From the human T2T-CHM13v2.0 reference genome, Homo sapiens: a stretch of 64,000 nucleotides of DNA. Both the position numbers and the translations under genes were made by a program. The notes under the pieces are model-generated. The model ran no database searches. It saw only the letters and a program-made list of their open reading frames with translations, and had not been told where the DNA came from. Below are positions 1 to 12,867 of this stretch, in pieces (position 1 is the stretch's first letter; the number at the start of each line of letters is the position of its first letter). The DNA lies in assembly GCF_009914755.1 (NCBI RefSeq), contig NC_060939.1. One strand, given 5' to 3'.

Positions 1-81
1 TTGAATGGTAGTTCTGTTTTAAGTTATTTCAGAAATCTCCAAACTGCTTTCCACAATGGCTGAACAAATTTACATTCCTGA

Positions 82-961
82 TGAAACTGGAGACTTCCCT
101 GACTCCCCTTGGCAGGATGTGCAACAGGGGTGTGGCTTGTCTGGCCACCGTGTGTGCTGTCAAACCCCTTACTGGGCAGGGGAGCATGCAGACAGGCAGG
201 TGCAATAGGCAGGGCAAGTGGCCATGGTACTGTCTAGGGGTGGGTTCCTGCGACTCCCACAGCCCAAGTGGGCATGTGTTACAGTGCACTCTTTTAGCTT
301 TGCCATCCACAGACGGCTTAAGTGTTAACCTGTTCAGTGCCCTCTTGGTACCCAGTTCCTTGTCCAGCATCCAGAAAGAATTAAGTTGCACACAGACTTG
401 AGGATGGTGAATGTGGGGGTTTTATTGAGTGGTGGAGGTGGCACTCAATGGGATGGATGGGGAGCTGGAAAGGGGATGGAATGGGAAGATGATCTTCCCC
501 CGGAGCTTTGCCATCCAGAGGCTGATCTCTCCAACAACTGCCAGCCAAACTCCTCTAGGCATTCAGATGCTCCTTCTCTTCTTTCTGCCACATCATTCTG
601 CAATTCTGCTCTTCTGTTCATCTCCTCATCTGCTTGCCATCCAGAGGCTGATCTCTACAACCACTGCCAGCCAAACTCCTCTTGGCATTCAGATGCTCCT
701 TCTCTTCTTTCTGCCACATCATTCTGCAATTCTGCTCTTCTGTTCATCTCCTCATCTGCTTGTCTGCTTCTGGAGCCTGGGGTCTGGGGCATATATGGGT
801 ACAGGACAGGGGGTGCATGGTGAGCTGAAAGACAACTTTTGGGTGCAAAAGCAGGAATGCCTGTTCCCATTTAGGGCCATGGGTTTCCAGGCTTGTGGGC
901 AGGGCTTTGCCAGGGAACCACTCTCTTCTACCCAGTATTTCCCTGTCTCCTTTCTATATCA
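82..961 (-). mobile_element. Solo ERV1 LTR, MER50-like
   Basis: Reverse complement starts TGATATAGAAAGGAGACAGGGAAATACTGGGTAGAAG and ends ..CCAGTTTCA (TG..CA termini), with AATAAA at ~421-426 on minus; matches recalled MER50 consensus; TSD not clean. Confidence 0.75.
511..762. repeat. 126-bp tandem duplication inside the LTR
   Basis: 511-636 and 637-762 are near identical; seen as a 42-aa repeat in ORFs 386-823 and 429-1085. Confidence 0.95.
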
Positions 962-1617
962 CCACCAGCAGTGTATAAGCATTCCCTTTTTTCCACAAAC
1001 TCGGCACCGTCTGTTATGTTTTGATTTTTTAATAATAGCCATTCTGGCCGGTGTGATATGGTATCTCATGGTTCTGATTTTCTGATGATTAGTGATGTTG
1101 AGTATTTTTTCATACGGTTGTTTGCCATACATACGTTGTATTTTGAAAAAAGAATTCACAGACGGCTTAAGTGTTAACCCGTTCAGTGCCCTCTTGGTAT
1201 CCAAGTCCTTGTCCAGCATTCAGAAAGAAGTTGCACATGGACTTGAGGATGGTGAATGTGGGGGCTCATGTTCTTTGCCTATTTGTAGTGGGTTTGTTTT
1301 TTGCTTATTGATTCTTTATACATGCTAAGTATTAGACCTTTTTCAGATATGTAATTTGAAAATATTTTCTTCTGTTCTGTAGGGTGTTCTCTGTTGATAG
1401 TTTCTTTTGCTGTGCTGAAGCTCTTTAGTTTCATTAGGTCCCACTCATCAATTCTTCTTGTTGCAATTGCTTTTGGAATCTTCATCATGAAATATTTGCC
1501 TGCGTCTATGTCCAGAATGATATTTCCTAAGTTTTCTTCTAGGGTTTATATAGTTTTGGGTCTTACATAAGTCCTTCATCCATCTTGAGTTGATTTTTTT
1601 ATATGGTGAAAGGAAGG

Positions 1618-4600
1618 GAGTGTACATGCCCCTGTGATATTGTTCCTAATATCCAGGTTGGGAGAGGATATTATACTCAATATTGCAGGAAGTGTCGACC
1701 ACCCTGAATATTGCTTTTAATATCCGGGGAGAGAGGGTGATATTACTCCCAATATCATCCTCTCCCCCCACACCCTGCATAGTACAAGCAATATCAAAGG
1801 GGGTCTGTGCAACACCTGCAATATTGGGAGTAATATCCTCCCCCAACATGGATATTAGAAACAGTATCACAAGGGGTTGTACACCACCTGTGATATTATG
1901 GAGTACTATCATTTTCTTTCCCCATGGATATGTAGAACAATATCACAAAGGTGGTGTACAACCCCTGCTATATTGGGAGTAATACTGTACTTTCCTCACC
2001 TAGATATTAGGAACAATATCACGGGGGGTTATACACCACTGCAACATTGGGAGTAATATCATCCTTTCCCTCCCTGGATATTAGGAACAATACCTCATGG
2101 GTGTGTACACCCTGTTCCATATTGGGATTAATATTTTCTCCCTTGCTGGACATAAGGAAAAATATAACGGGGGGTATACACTCCTTATGATATTGCCAGT
2201 AATATTATAGACTCCCCAAAGGGATATTAGAAAAAGTTTCAGAGAGGGGTGTACATCCCCTGCGATATTGGGAATAATATTCTTTCATCCCTGGATATTA
2301 GGAATAATATCACAAAGGGGTTTTATACCCCCCGTGACATTTTAATTAATATCATCTTCCCCACTGAATATTAGGAACAAATTCCCAGGGGTGGTACACC
2401 ACCTGCAATATGGACAGCTATATCATTGTCTCTCCCCCGAATATAAGGAACAATATCACAAGGGGGTTGTACAACCCCTGTGATATTGGGAGTAACTTTA
2501 TACCCTTTCCACATGGATATTAGGAACAATATCACAGGGTGGGTGTACACCCACTGCGATATTGGGAGTAATATCATCCTCCACCCCCTGGGTATTATGA
2601 ACAATATCATGGGGAGGGGGTGTATGTCCTCTGTGATATTGGGAGTAATATCATCCTGTCCCCTCTGGATATTAGGAATGATATCACAGCGGGGCTGTAC
2701 CTTTTCTGCACTATTGGGAGTGGTATCACCCCCTCCCCCTATGGATATTAGGAACAATATCACAAAGGGGGTGTACACATCCTGTGATATTGAGAGTAAT
2801 ATTGTCCACTCTTCCCTGGGATATTAGGAACAATATCACAGGCAGTGTGTACACCCCCTGCTATTTTACCTGTAATATTATTCTCATCCAACTTGGATAT
2901 TAGGAATAATATAACAGGAGGGGTGTACACCACCTGTGATATTGGGAGTAATATCATTCTCTCCCCCCATGGATATTGAGAACAATATCACAGGAGCGGT
3001 TTACACTTCCTGCGCCATTTAGAGTAATATCATCCTTTTCCCCCATGGATATTAGGAACGATATCGCATGGGAAGTGTACACGCCCGCCATATTGGGAGT
3101 AATATTTTCTCCCTTGCTGGACATTAGGAACAATATCACGGGAATGCACACACCCTGCGATATTGCCAGTAATATTGTAGTCTCCTCCCAGGATATTAGG
3201 AACAATATCACAAGGGGGGTGTACATGCCCTGTGATATTGGAAGTAATATCATCGACTCCCCCCACGGATATTAGTAACAACATCAGAAGGGGTGTACAC
3301 CCCTTGTGATATTTATAGTACTATCATCCTATACCCCCTGGATATTAGGAACAATACAACGGAGGGGGTGTATACCCACTGTGATATTGGGAGTAATTTC
3401 ATCCTCTACCCCTTGGATGTTAGGAGCAGTATCACAAGGGGGGTGTCCACCCTCTGTGATATTAAAAATAATACCATTCTCTCCTTCTCTGGATACTAGG
3501 AATAATATCACAGTGCTGGTGTACACCCTTTACACTATTTGGAGCAATATCACCCTCTCCCCAACTTGATATTAGAGACAATATCATGGGGGGTGGCGTG
3601 TAACACCCTGCACTGTTGGGAGTACTATCATCTATTCTTCCCCTGGATATAAGAAACAGTATCACAGAAGGGGTCTACACCTCCTGAGATTTTGGGAGTA
3701 ATATCATCCTCTCCAAATCTGGATATTAAGAACAGTATAATGGGGTGTAGGGAGTAATATGGTGGGAGTAATACAATCCTCCTCCCCACTTGATATTAGG
3801 AACAATATCGCAAAACGTGTGTACACCCACTGTGACATTTGGAGTAATATCAACATTTCCCCACCTGGTATCACGGGGAGAGTGTACACTCCTTATGATA
3901 TTGGAAGTATCATTGTCTCTCACTCTCGATATTAGGAAAAATAGCACAGGGTGTGTATACACTTCCTGTGATTTTGGGAAGAACATCATACCCTTCTGTC
4001 TTTGATATTAGGAACAATATCACAGAGGGGATGTACAACTTATGTGATATTATAATATTCTTTCTTCCCATGGATATTAGGAATGATATCCCGGGGGGCT
4101 TGTTGTACACACCCTGTGATACGGACAGTAATATCATTGTCCTTCCCCCTACATATTAGAAACAATATCACAAGGGTGGTATACATCCCCTGGATATTAG
4201 AAACTATCACAGGGGGGCTGTACAACCTCTTTGATACTGTGAGTAATACCATTGTCTCCCCTCCTGGGTATTAATAACAATATCATAGGGTGGGTGTACA
4301 CCCCCTGCAATATTGGGAATAATATCATCCTGTCTTCCCCGGGATATTAGGAATGGTATCACAGGTGGGGTTTACACCCCCTGCAATTTTGTCAGTAATA
4401 TTACTTCTGGATGTTATTGAATATATCACAGTGGGGGTGTACACCCCCTGTGATATGGGGAGTAATAGCATCCTCTTTCCCACTGGGTACTACAAACAAT
4501 ATCGCAGATTGTGTACAACGTCCTGTGATATTGTTCACAATATTTAGGGAAGGAGAGGATGATATTACTCCACATATCACAGGGAGTGTTACATCCCCTG

Positions 4601-5465
4601 TAATATTGTTCATAATATTTAGAAGACGACAGGATGATATTACTCCCAATATAGTAGGAAGTATACACTACCCTGTGATACTGTTCATAATTTTTAGGGG
4701 ATTAGAGGATGATATTACTTCCAATATCACAGGGAGTGTACACTGGTGATATTGTTTATAATTTTCAGTGGATTAGAAGATATTATTCCGAATATCACAG
4801 GGTTTGTACATCCCCAAGTGATATTGTTAATATCCAGTGGGGAAGAGGATGTTATTACTCCCCATATCACGGGGGATGTAAACCCGTTTGTGGTATTGTC
4901 ACTTACATCCGGGGGGTAGAGGATGATATTACTCTGCATATCATAGAGGGTGCACACGGCTGTAATGTTGTCCATAATAACATCCAGAGGGGAAGAGAAT
5001 ATTATTCCCATGTTTCAGAAGGTGTACACACCCCTGGGATAGTCTCTGTAACATTTAGGGAAGAAGGGGATGATACTACTCCAGATATTGCAGGGGGTGT
5101 ACACCCCCCTGTGATACTGTTCGTAACGTTTAGGGGGAAGAGGATGATATTACTCCCCATATCGAAGGGATTGTACATCTCCCTATATATTGTCCATAAC
5201 ATCCAGGACAGGAGAGGATATTACTACTCCCCATATCACAGGAGGTGGACAACCCCCTCTAAATATGTCTAACATCCAGGCGGGGACAGGAGGATATTTT
5301 TCCCCATAACCTAGAGAAAGTAAACCTCCTGCGATTTTGTCCATAACATCCAGTGGGGAGAGGATGATATCACTCCCCATATTGCAGGGGGTGCACACTC
5401 CACTCTGATATTGGCCGTAATATCCGGGGGGGTGAAGTATGAAGTCACTACACATATCACAGGGA
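1618..5465. repeat. Diverged ~75-bp satellite array, SATR1/SATR2-like
   Basis: Recurring GATATTAGGAACAATATCACAGGGGGTGTACACCCCCTGTGATATTGGGAGTAATATCATCCTCTCCCC units; family name from memory. Confidence 0.85.
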
Positions 5466-5770
5466 TTATTAGTATCAGATTGTTTGAAGGACTCACAGTA
5501 AGGGTAGTAGTAGGGCGAGTTCTAACTCAAATAGGGGAAATGTGATGGCTACTAGAAAGAATTTTATGGAGAAGGGAATGTGGGCAGAGGATAGAGGGTC
5601 AAATCTGCATTCATAAGGGCTAGACTTTTCTATATATATTTATTTTATACATATATATATATTTTTCTCTCTCTCTACATATATATATTAAGTTGTGGGA
5701 GCCAAAATGTAATAATTATTAGTAACAGGGCTAATAGGGTGTTGATTACTAGGGTTAATGTTAGGTGAAT
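5461..5770 (-). pseudogene. MT-ND3: NUMT: mitochondrial ND3 5' part, with an expanded TA/TC microsatellite
   Basis: Minus strand reads ATT CAC CTA ACA TTA ACC CTA GTA ATC AAC ACC CTA TTA GCC .. TTT TGG CTC CCA CAA CTT AAT .. GAA AAG TCT AGC CCT TAT GAA TGC AGA TTT GAC CCT .. CCC TTC TCC ATA AAA TTC TTT CTA GTA GCC ATC ACA (ND3 EKSxPYECxFDP and [12 protein letters not shown] motifs). Confidence 0.93.
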
Positions 5771-5831
5771 TACTGTTTTTCGGATGCTATCAAAACTTTG
5801 GAAATCATGGTACTATTTATACTAAAAGAGT
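5771..5831 (-). pseudogene. MT-TG: NUMT: degenerate mitochondrial tRNA-Gly (TCC)
   Basis: Minus strand ACTCTTTTAGTATAAATAGTACCATGATTTCCAAAGTTTTGATAGCATCCGAAAAACAGTA between COX3 and ND3, the mammalian mtDNA gene order; anticodon stem partly deleted. Confidence 0.88.
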
Positions 5832-6383
5832 AAGATCCTCATCAATAAGTAGAAACATACAAGAATAGTCATACTACATCTACAAAGTGTCGATATCAGG
5901 CAGCGGCTTCAAAGGCAAAGTGATGACTAGATGTAAAGTGGTATTTTAATTGGCGGAGAAGGCAGACTGAGGAATGTTGATCCAATAATGACGTGAATTC
6001 TGTGAAAGCCTGTAGCTATAAAAAATGTTGAGCCATAAATACCATCAGAAATAGCAAAGGGAGCTTTGAAGTATTCTGAGACTTGTAGGAGGGTGAAGTA
6101 AATATCTAATATAATTGTAACAGGTAGTGCTTAGATTGTATGTTTTTGATTATTTTTTGTTAGGCTGTGATGGGCTCAAGTAATTGAAACTCCTGATGCA
6201 AGTAATACAGATGGATTCAGGAGAGGTACTTCCAGGGGGTCAAGGGGAGAAATACCTGTTGGGGGTCAATGCCCTCCTAATTCTGGAGTAGGGGCTAGGC
6301 TAGAATGGTAGAATGCTCAAAAGAATCCAGCGAAGAGGAATATTTCTGAGATAATAAATAGGACTGTCCCATCATTGGAAGCT
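5832..6383 (-). pseudogene. MT-CO3: NUMT: mitochondrial COX3, 3' two-thirds
   Basis: Minus strand in mitochondrial code gives [58 protein letters not shown] and FEAAAWY.HFVDVVWLFLYVS.YWWGS. Confidence 0.95.
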
Positions 6384-6482
6384 CCTGCATACCATAAGCT
6401 ACTAGAGGTCAGTAAACATATTTGTGTGTATCCTGGAGTACCTAGAAGACAGTCTTCCATGTAAGAAGCATTTTACTTGTTG

Positions 6483-6772
6483 TTTTTTGAGATGGGGTTT
6501 CACTCTGTCACCCAGGCTGGAGGGCACTGGTGAGATCTTGGCTCACTCCAATCTCCATTTCCTAGGCTCAGGTGATCCTCACACCTCAGCCATCCAAGTA
6601 GTTGAAACAATAGAGCTATGTCACCATAGACCTGTGTCACCATGCTGGGCTGAGTTTTGTAGAGATAGGGTTTTGCCTTGTTACCCAGGCTCTTCTTTAA
6701 CTGTTGGGCTCAAGTGTTCTGCTCGCCTCAGCCTCTCAAAGTGCTGGGGTTACAGACATGAGACATTCAGCC
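6483..6772 (-). mobile_element. Alu (old, AluJ-like)
   Basis: T-tract then GAGATGGGGTTTCACTCTGTCACCCAGGCTGG; both arms, diverged. Confidence 0.88.
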
Positions 6773-7140
6773 TTAATAGTTGTTTAATCTGAATAAATAA
6801 ACAAATGAATTTTTATATAATGGAATGTTATAAGTAATATAATAAACCTAATGTATCTAATCATTAAATATTGTATTTAAAATATTGCTTACATTGTATT
6901 ATTTTTTAATATTTAAGGGTGTATAAGTTTTGACATGATATGTTGAGAAATTATGCAATAATTAAAAAGGAAATAAAAGAGAAATAGGTCATCGGTAGCA
7001 AAGAGGGTTACAATATATTTTCTAGTATCATTCAACTGGAATCTTAACATTGAGATTTTAGATTAACATTTCTTAAGGTTTTTATTAGACCCAACTCATG
7101 TTCCATTAAATATACCGTTTCAAGCCATACATTACTCTTT

Positions 7141-7913
7141 ATTATTATTATTATACTTTAAGTTCTAGGGTACATGTGCACAACGTGCAGGTTTGTTAAA
7201 TATGTATACATGTGCCATGTTGGTGTGCTGCACCCATTAACTCGTCATTTATATTAGGTATATCTCCTAATGCTATTCCTCCCCTCTCCCCCCACCCCAT
7301 GACAGGCCCTGGTGTGTGATGTTCCCCATCCTGTGTCCAAGTGTTCTCATTGTTCAGTTCCCACCTATGAGTGAGAACATGTGGTGTTTGGTTTTCTGTC
7401 CTTGCAACAGTTTGCTCAGAATGATGGTTTCCAGCTTCATCTATGTCCCTACAAAGGACATGAACTCATCATTTTTTATGCTGCATAGTATTCCATGGTG
7501 TGTAAGTGCCACATTTTCTTAATCCAGTCTATCATTGATGGGCATATGGGTTGGTTCCAAGTCTTTGCTATTGTGAATAGTGCCACAATAAACATACATG
7601 TGCATGTGTCTTTATAGCAGCATGATTTATAATCCTTTGCATATATATCCAGTAATGGGATGGCTGGATCAAATGGTATTTCTAATTCTTGATCCTTGAG
7701 GAATCTCCACACTGTCTTCCACAATGGTTGAACTAGTTTACAGTCCCACCAACAGTGTAAAAGTGTTCCTATTTCTCCACATCCTCTCCAGCACCTGTTG
7801 TTTCCTGACTTTTTAATGATTGCCATTCTAACTGGTGTGAAATGATATCTCATAGTGGTTTCAATTTGCATTTCTCTGATGGCCAGTGATGATGAGCATT
7901 TTTTCATGTGTCT
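7141..7913 (-). mobile_element. 5'-truncated L1PA (3' ~770 bp) with an 18-bp target-site duplication
   Basis: L1 3'UTR and ORF2 C-terminus (ORF 7476-7922); GCCATACATTACTCTTTA at 7124-7141 and 7914-7931. Confidence 0.95.
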
Positions 7914-8234
7914 GCCATACATTACTCTTTAGAATCCTGGTGACCAATTCTTTTTCTGGGTGGAAAGTTGATGGAAAGTTCCAGTTTTCTCTCTCTGTTA
8001 TAATAATGTTCTTTCAGGTAATGGTAGATGACCATATTTAGCTAATTGAATGTCTTATAGTAAGAAACACTATCACAGAAGTACTTACAAAAAACTAATT
8101 GCAGCATAAATATTAATTAGTATTATCAGAGTTATGAAAGACCGAAGGCTCTGTTATAGATCTATTTCCCCATGTACTTTATTGTACTTCATGTTTTTCG
8201 TTTTCTTTCTTGGCTTAAGCTCATATTTCATTGA

Positions 8235-8583
<349 letters not shown>

Positions 8584-8615
8584 AACATTGAGATTGATTT
8601 AAAGAAATTGATTAG

Positions 8616-8910
8616 GGCTGGGTGTGGTGGTGCACAATGCTTATCTCAACATTTTGGGAGGCAGAAGTGGAAGATTTTCTTGAGCCCAGGAGCTTGAGAC
8701 CAGCCTGGGAGGTATAATGAGGCCTTGTCTCTACAAAGATAACAATAAAAACATTAGCATGACATGATGGTATGCACCTGTAGTTCCAGCTATTCAGGAA
8801 GTTGAGGTGGGAAGATTGCTTGAGGTCAGGAGTTTGAGACCACAGTGAGCCATAATCAGGCCCCTGCATTCTAGCCCTGGGTTGACAGAGTGAGACCCAG
8901 TTTCATAAAA
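8616..8910 (+). mobile_element. Alu (AluJ-like)
   Basis: GGCTGGGTGTGGTGG start; degenerate TSD AAAGA(A/G)ATTGAT(T/A)AG on both sides. Confidence 0.88.
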
Positions 8911-8983
8911 AGAGATTGATAAGAAACTCTTGATGCAACTCATTATAATTTTAAATGGAAACTAATTCTTGATATTACCTTAG

Positions 8984-9068
8984 CAGTGTGTCCCCCAGAA
9001 AGTGTCAGAGCCTTTACGTGGACCTTCTCATGAAAACGGAAACAGAATAGTCAATGGAAAAGGAGAAG
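8984..9068 (+). pseudogene. ANKRD20A-like exon (85 bp): QCVPQKVSEPLRGPSHENGNRIVNGKGE
   Basis: ccttag acceptor and gtgaga donor. Confidence 0.88.
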
Positions 9069-9106
9069 GTGAGAACCGTATTTTATTTAAAAAGTCATTT
9101 GATGGA

Positions 9107-9422
<316 letters not shown>

Positions 9423-10194
9423 TTAAAATATGAGCACTAATAGAGTTTAATAGCTAAAGAAAATGTCCTATTAACTGTATCATAAGTAAAAGAGAAATGA
9501 AATGGTGATAAGTGGTGTCTCTAACCAAGGGTCAGCAGTTGATTCTATTGGAAGTACCACTAAAGGAGCTGAGTTATGAGTTCCATTTTAACATACTCTA
9601 AGACCTGAGGCAAGTCAGGAGAGAGGGAAGAAGAAATGAATAAAAGAGAAAGAAAGAATGAGGAGGGCAGAGTGTACATGGAATAAATAAAAAAAAGTGG
9701 ATGTATGTAATGGAGGGTAGTAAAGTCAAATTGATCTGTAGAAGAAGGAAGAACAGGGTGTTAGAAATAGGAAGGAAGATAAAGTGAGCTTCCAGTACCA
9801 AAATGTGTCATATAATTACAGTAACATTTTCCTTCTCTTGCTGTCATTCTTGCTACTGGGGAGGCATTAAGGATTGAGGTACTTTACCATGCAGACCTGT
9901 GTTTTATCTACCATAGATGAACATCACCGTAAATGGTCAGCCATGTATGGCTATAATTTGTTTTTATAGAAAATGAAAAGAATAGTGTTGGGTGATTTAT
10001 TGGGAAGAAATTAATTAGAGAAGCTTTGCCTGATTAAAAGTTCATTAGAAACATTATGGCTTATAACGTAGTATTAAATTCAGGGACATAATAGGAAAGA
10101 AGTTGAGGCTAGGCCAAAAAGGCCAATTAGGGTAAACCAATATGGAAGCACACCAGTGTAGAACAGGGCATTCAAATTGTCATGAATTCGTTGA

Positions 10195-10306
10195 GGAGCT
10201 TCTGGAAAGTGCACATTCTGACTCAGCAGGTATTGGAGTCTGCATTTCTCATGAGCACTCAGGTGATGTTTGTGCTGGTCCTTGGACACAGCTCTGAATA
10301 GCAAGG
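10195..10306. mobile_element. MER5A-like hAT DNA transposon fragment
   Basis: ATTCTGACTCAGCAGGT..TCTGCATTTCT..CTCAGGTGATGTTTGTGCTGGTCCTTGGAC..TGAATAGCAAGG resembles recalled MER5A. Confidence 0.6.
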
Positions 10307-12562
10307 GAATAGCCTTCCTTTAGAGAAATCTGGAAAAAGAACCACTGGAGAGCAATTTAAAAAATAACAGAATCCAGGGAAAGCTTTAATTTCCTTTTAT
10401 TTCTGAGCATGATTCTAGCCACAAGGGAAGGAAAATGAGATGAAAAAAGAGAGATTACAGGTGTATACTACTGCTGAATACAGATGAAAAAAGTGGTCAC
10501 AATCATCCATAAAAAGCAGTTAGGAAGGGAAGCATCAGGATGACAGTTCTGATAATCATTTTTTCAAAGGAAGAGGGATGGTGAATGGACACAAAAGGAG
10601 GAAAGAAAGACATTTGCTGGGGTCTTGGGAGTTAAAGCCAAGTAAACTTGAGACAACTCACTTCCAGTTGCTTCAGCATATGCCCAGTCTCACAAAAGAG
10701 GTTATTGCTGTGGAGAGTACTGGAGACAGGAGGGAGTGCTAGAGTTGGGGTAAACCACAGCAGCTCATTTCACTTGATAACTGTCAGGCCTCAGGGAGAG
10801 AAGTTTCACTGACATGAGTGAATAAGATATGATTAAGTTGCATATAGATGCTTTGGCGAAATTTTTTTGAGACAGCCAGTTCTTTGATATGATAGCTGTT
10901 TTATAAAAGTCCTTTACAGTGTAAGATAATATACCAAACTTAGTTAATTTTAGAAGTAATCATAAAATTCATTCCATGAAAACCAAAATTATCATTTTCA
11001 ATAAATACTGCACTGATTTTGAAATATAAATATGTATTAATATCCAGCAAGTCTGTGGTCATTCAATGTTTTCTTTTTTGATAAATATTTTGATATCAGA
11101 AGCTTATTCGACATGGTTTATTTGATGTGTTTTATGGACCACCTTGCATGAGTGGATCAAGGAGCTCTAATTCAAGGCCAAATGAGGGGATAGGAGAAAT
11201 GTAGGTGCTGCAGTAGCCCATGTGATCATGGGAAAAATGAGTACTTTGATTAGCTGTTATTTCATAAGTGTGTATCCTAGCTGATCAATGTAGAACCCTT
11301 TCTTTGATGAGAGGTGAATCCCACATTCACCTGAACTGTCATCCCAACTGAGTATTTCCTCAGTGACAAGACAAGGGGAATTTATTTGTGCTGTGCTGGC
11401 AGCAATGCCTCTGGTGTGTGGAGCTTTACCTATTAAAGTGTCAGTTTCTGTTTTAACTTCAGAGGCTTGCTGCTAGTGTTATTACACTGATGATCTGAAG
11501 CTTATCAGATGTTCTAATGAGCAAGACTGTGTGTGTAGGTGTATATATAGATGTGTGTATGCGTGCGCTTGTGGCATCTTTCACTATTACAAATGACGAA
11601 AGTAATGATTCATTTATGACTGGTAGACACAGTCTCTTAAAATGGTGATTTTGAGCCTTTTTAGTGTTAAAGTTTTTAAAACATGATTGCATAGAGGCTA
11701 CCAACATCATAAGTTGGTTGTTTTTCATTTCAATGCCCTTTTGAAATCTTTAACTACATTGTGATGCCCAGAAATAATATGCAGAATTTTTTGTGTCCTA
11801 AAATAGTATGTGAGTGGTTATATACTTTATATATCTTTCTGCCACTTTCTTTGGTGTGTTTTGTATTATATTTTCCACTTGTACCCACATTGGTGTGATT
11901 ATCTCTGGTTTAATTCATTTTACACTGTTCATTGTATTCCCTCATACCACTTTACCACATTTAGTTAGACTCTCCTGTTGCTGATAAATGAAGAAATAAA
12001 AAGAAAAATAATGTCAGTTTAAGAGGGCTTTTCTTTAATCAGTTTGTATCTATTAGCATTTACTATATGAGAGTTTAAACCTGAAAAGTTCAGAATACAA
12101 GCATGCACCACCATATTTTATTAATGCCCTTAGAACTATGACTCATGAGACTTTAGCCTATGAAGTTAGGACAATTCATTTCTCTGAAGAAGAATGCTGG
12201 GCTGTTCTCAGAAAAGAAAACTGAAAATAGCAAATGATATTGTCTTATTTTACCTCTTGGACATCCTTGAATGAAACTGCTACTAAAGGGATACTCGGAT
12301 CAAAATTCAGATCTAATGTTTTGAACAGTATAGTTTGTGAATGTCCAGTGATCATGAGCCCTTGATGGGGAAATGACCTTTCGAGTTTCACTTTTGCATT
12401 TTTTGCTCTTTTCGTTGACTTGTCTTGAAAGCTTAAATTCAACTATTTTATTTTTACAGAAATCAGGAATATAACTTTTAAAATATATGTCTGTCCTGTC
12501 TCACGGTGTTGTGTACTCTTCAGATCTTGTATGAACATAGACTTATATGGGAACAATTAGGT

Positions 12563-12867
12563 TTTTTGTTTGTTTGTTTGTGTTTTTGAGGCAGAGTCTT
12601 GCTCTGTCACCAAGGCTGGAGTGCAGTGGCTCAGTCTTGGCTCATTACCACCTCTGCCTCTCAGGTTCAAGCAATTCTCCTGCCTCAGCCCCTAGAGTAG
12701 CTGATACTACATGCACGTGCTACCATACCCTGCTAATTTTTCTATTTCTAGTAGAGATGGGGTTTCACCAGGTTGGCCAGGCTGCTCTTGAACTCCTGAC
12801 CTCAGGTGATCTGCCCACCTCGGCTTGCCAATGTGCTGGGATTACAGGTGGGAGCCACTGTGCCAGC
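12563..12867 (-). mobile_element. Alu (AluS-like)
   Basis: (TTTG)n tail followed by an antisense Alu dimer. Confidence 0.9.

Larger units (their letters stand above)
1..1617 (-). mobile_element. Old L1 (L1PA/L1PB-age) ORF2 3' fragment, antisense, interrupted by an LTR (82-961) and a short local duplication (1157-1264)
   Basis: Minus ORFs 959-1219 ([33 protein letters not shown]) and 1279-1488 ([27 protein letters not shown]) are L1 ORF2 C-terminal motifs; 1-78 continues the L1 sequence across the LTR. Confidence 0.9.

Noticed and set aside
29-1085. ORFs of 106-218 aa with an internal 42-aa repeat
   Set aside because: They lie in the LTR and L1; the peptide repeat just reflects the 126-bp DNA duplication.
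1646-5496. Dense cluster of overlapping ORFs on both strands
   Set aside because: They are translations of the palindromic satellite (repeating VILFLIS, DIRNNIT), not genes.
5771-5831. Functional tRNA-Gly gene or mtDNA contamination
   Set aside because: Anticodon arm is partly deleted, neighbouring mitochondrial frames are broken, and the segment is embedded in nuclear repeats.
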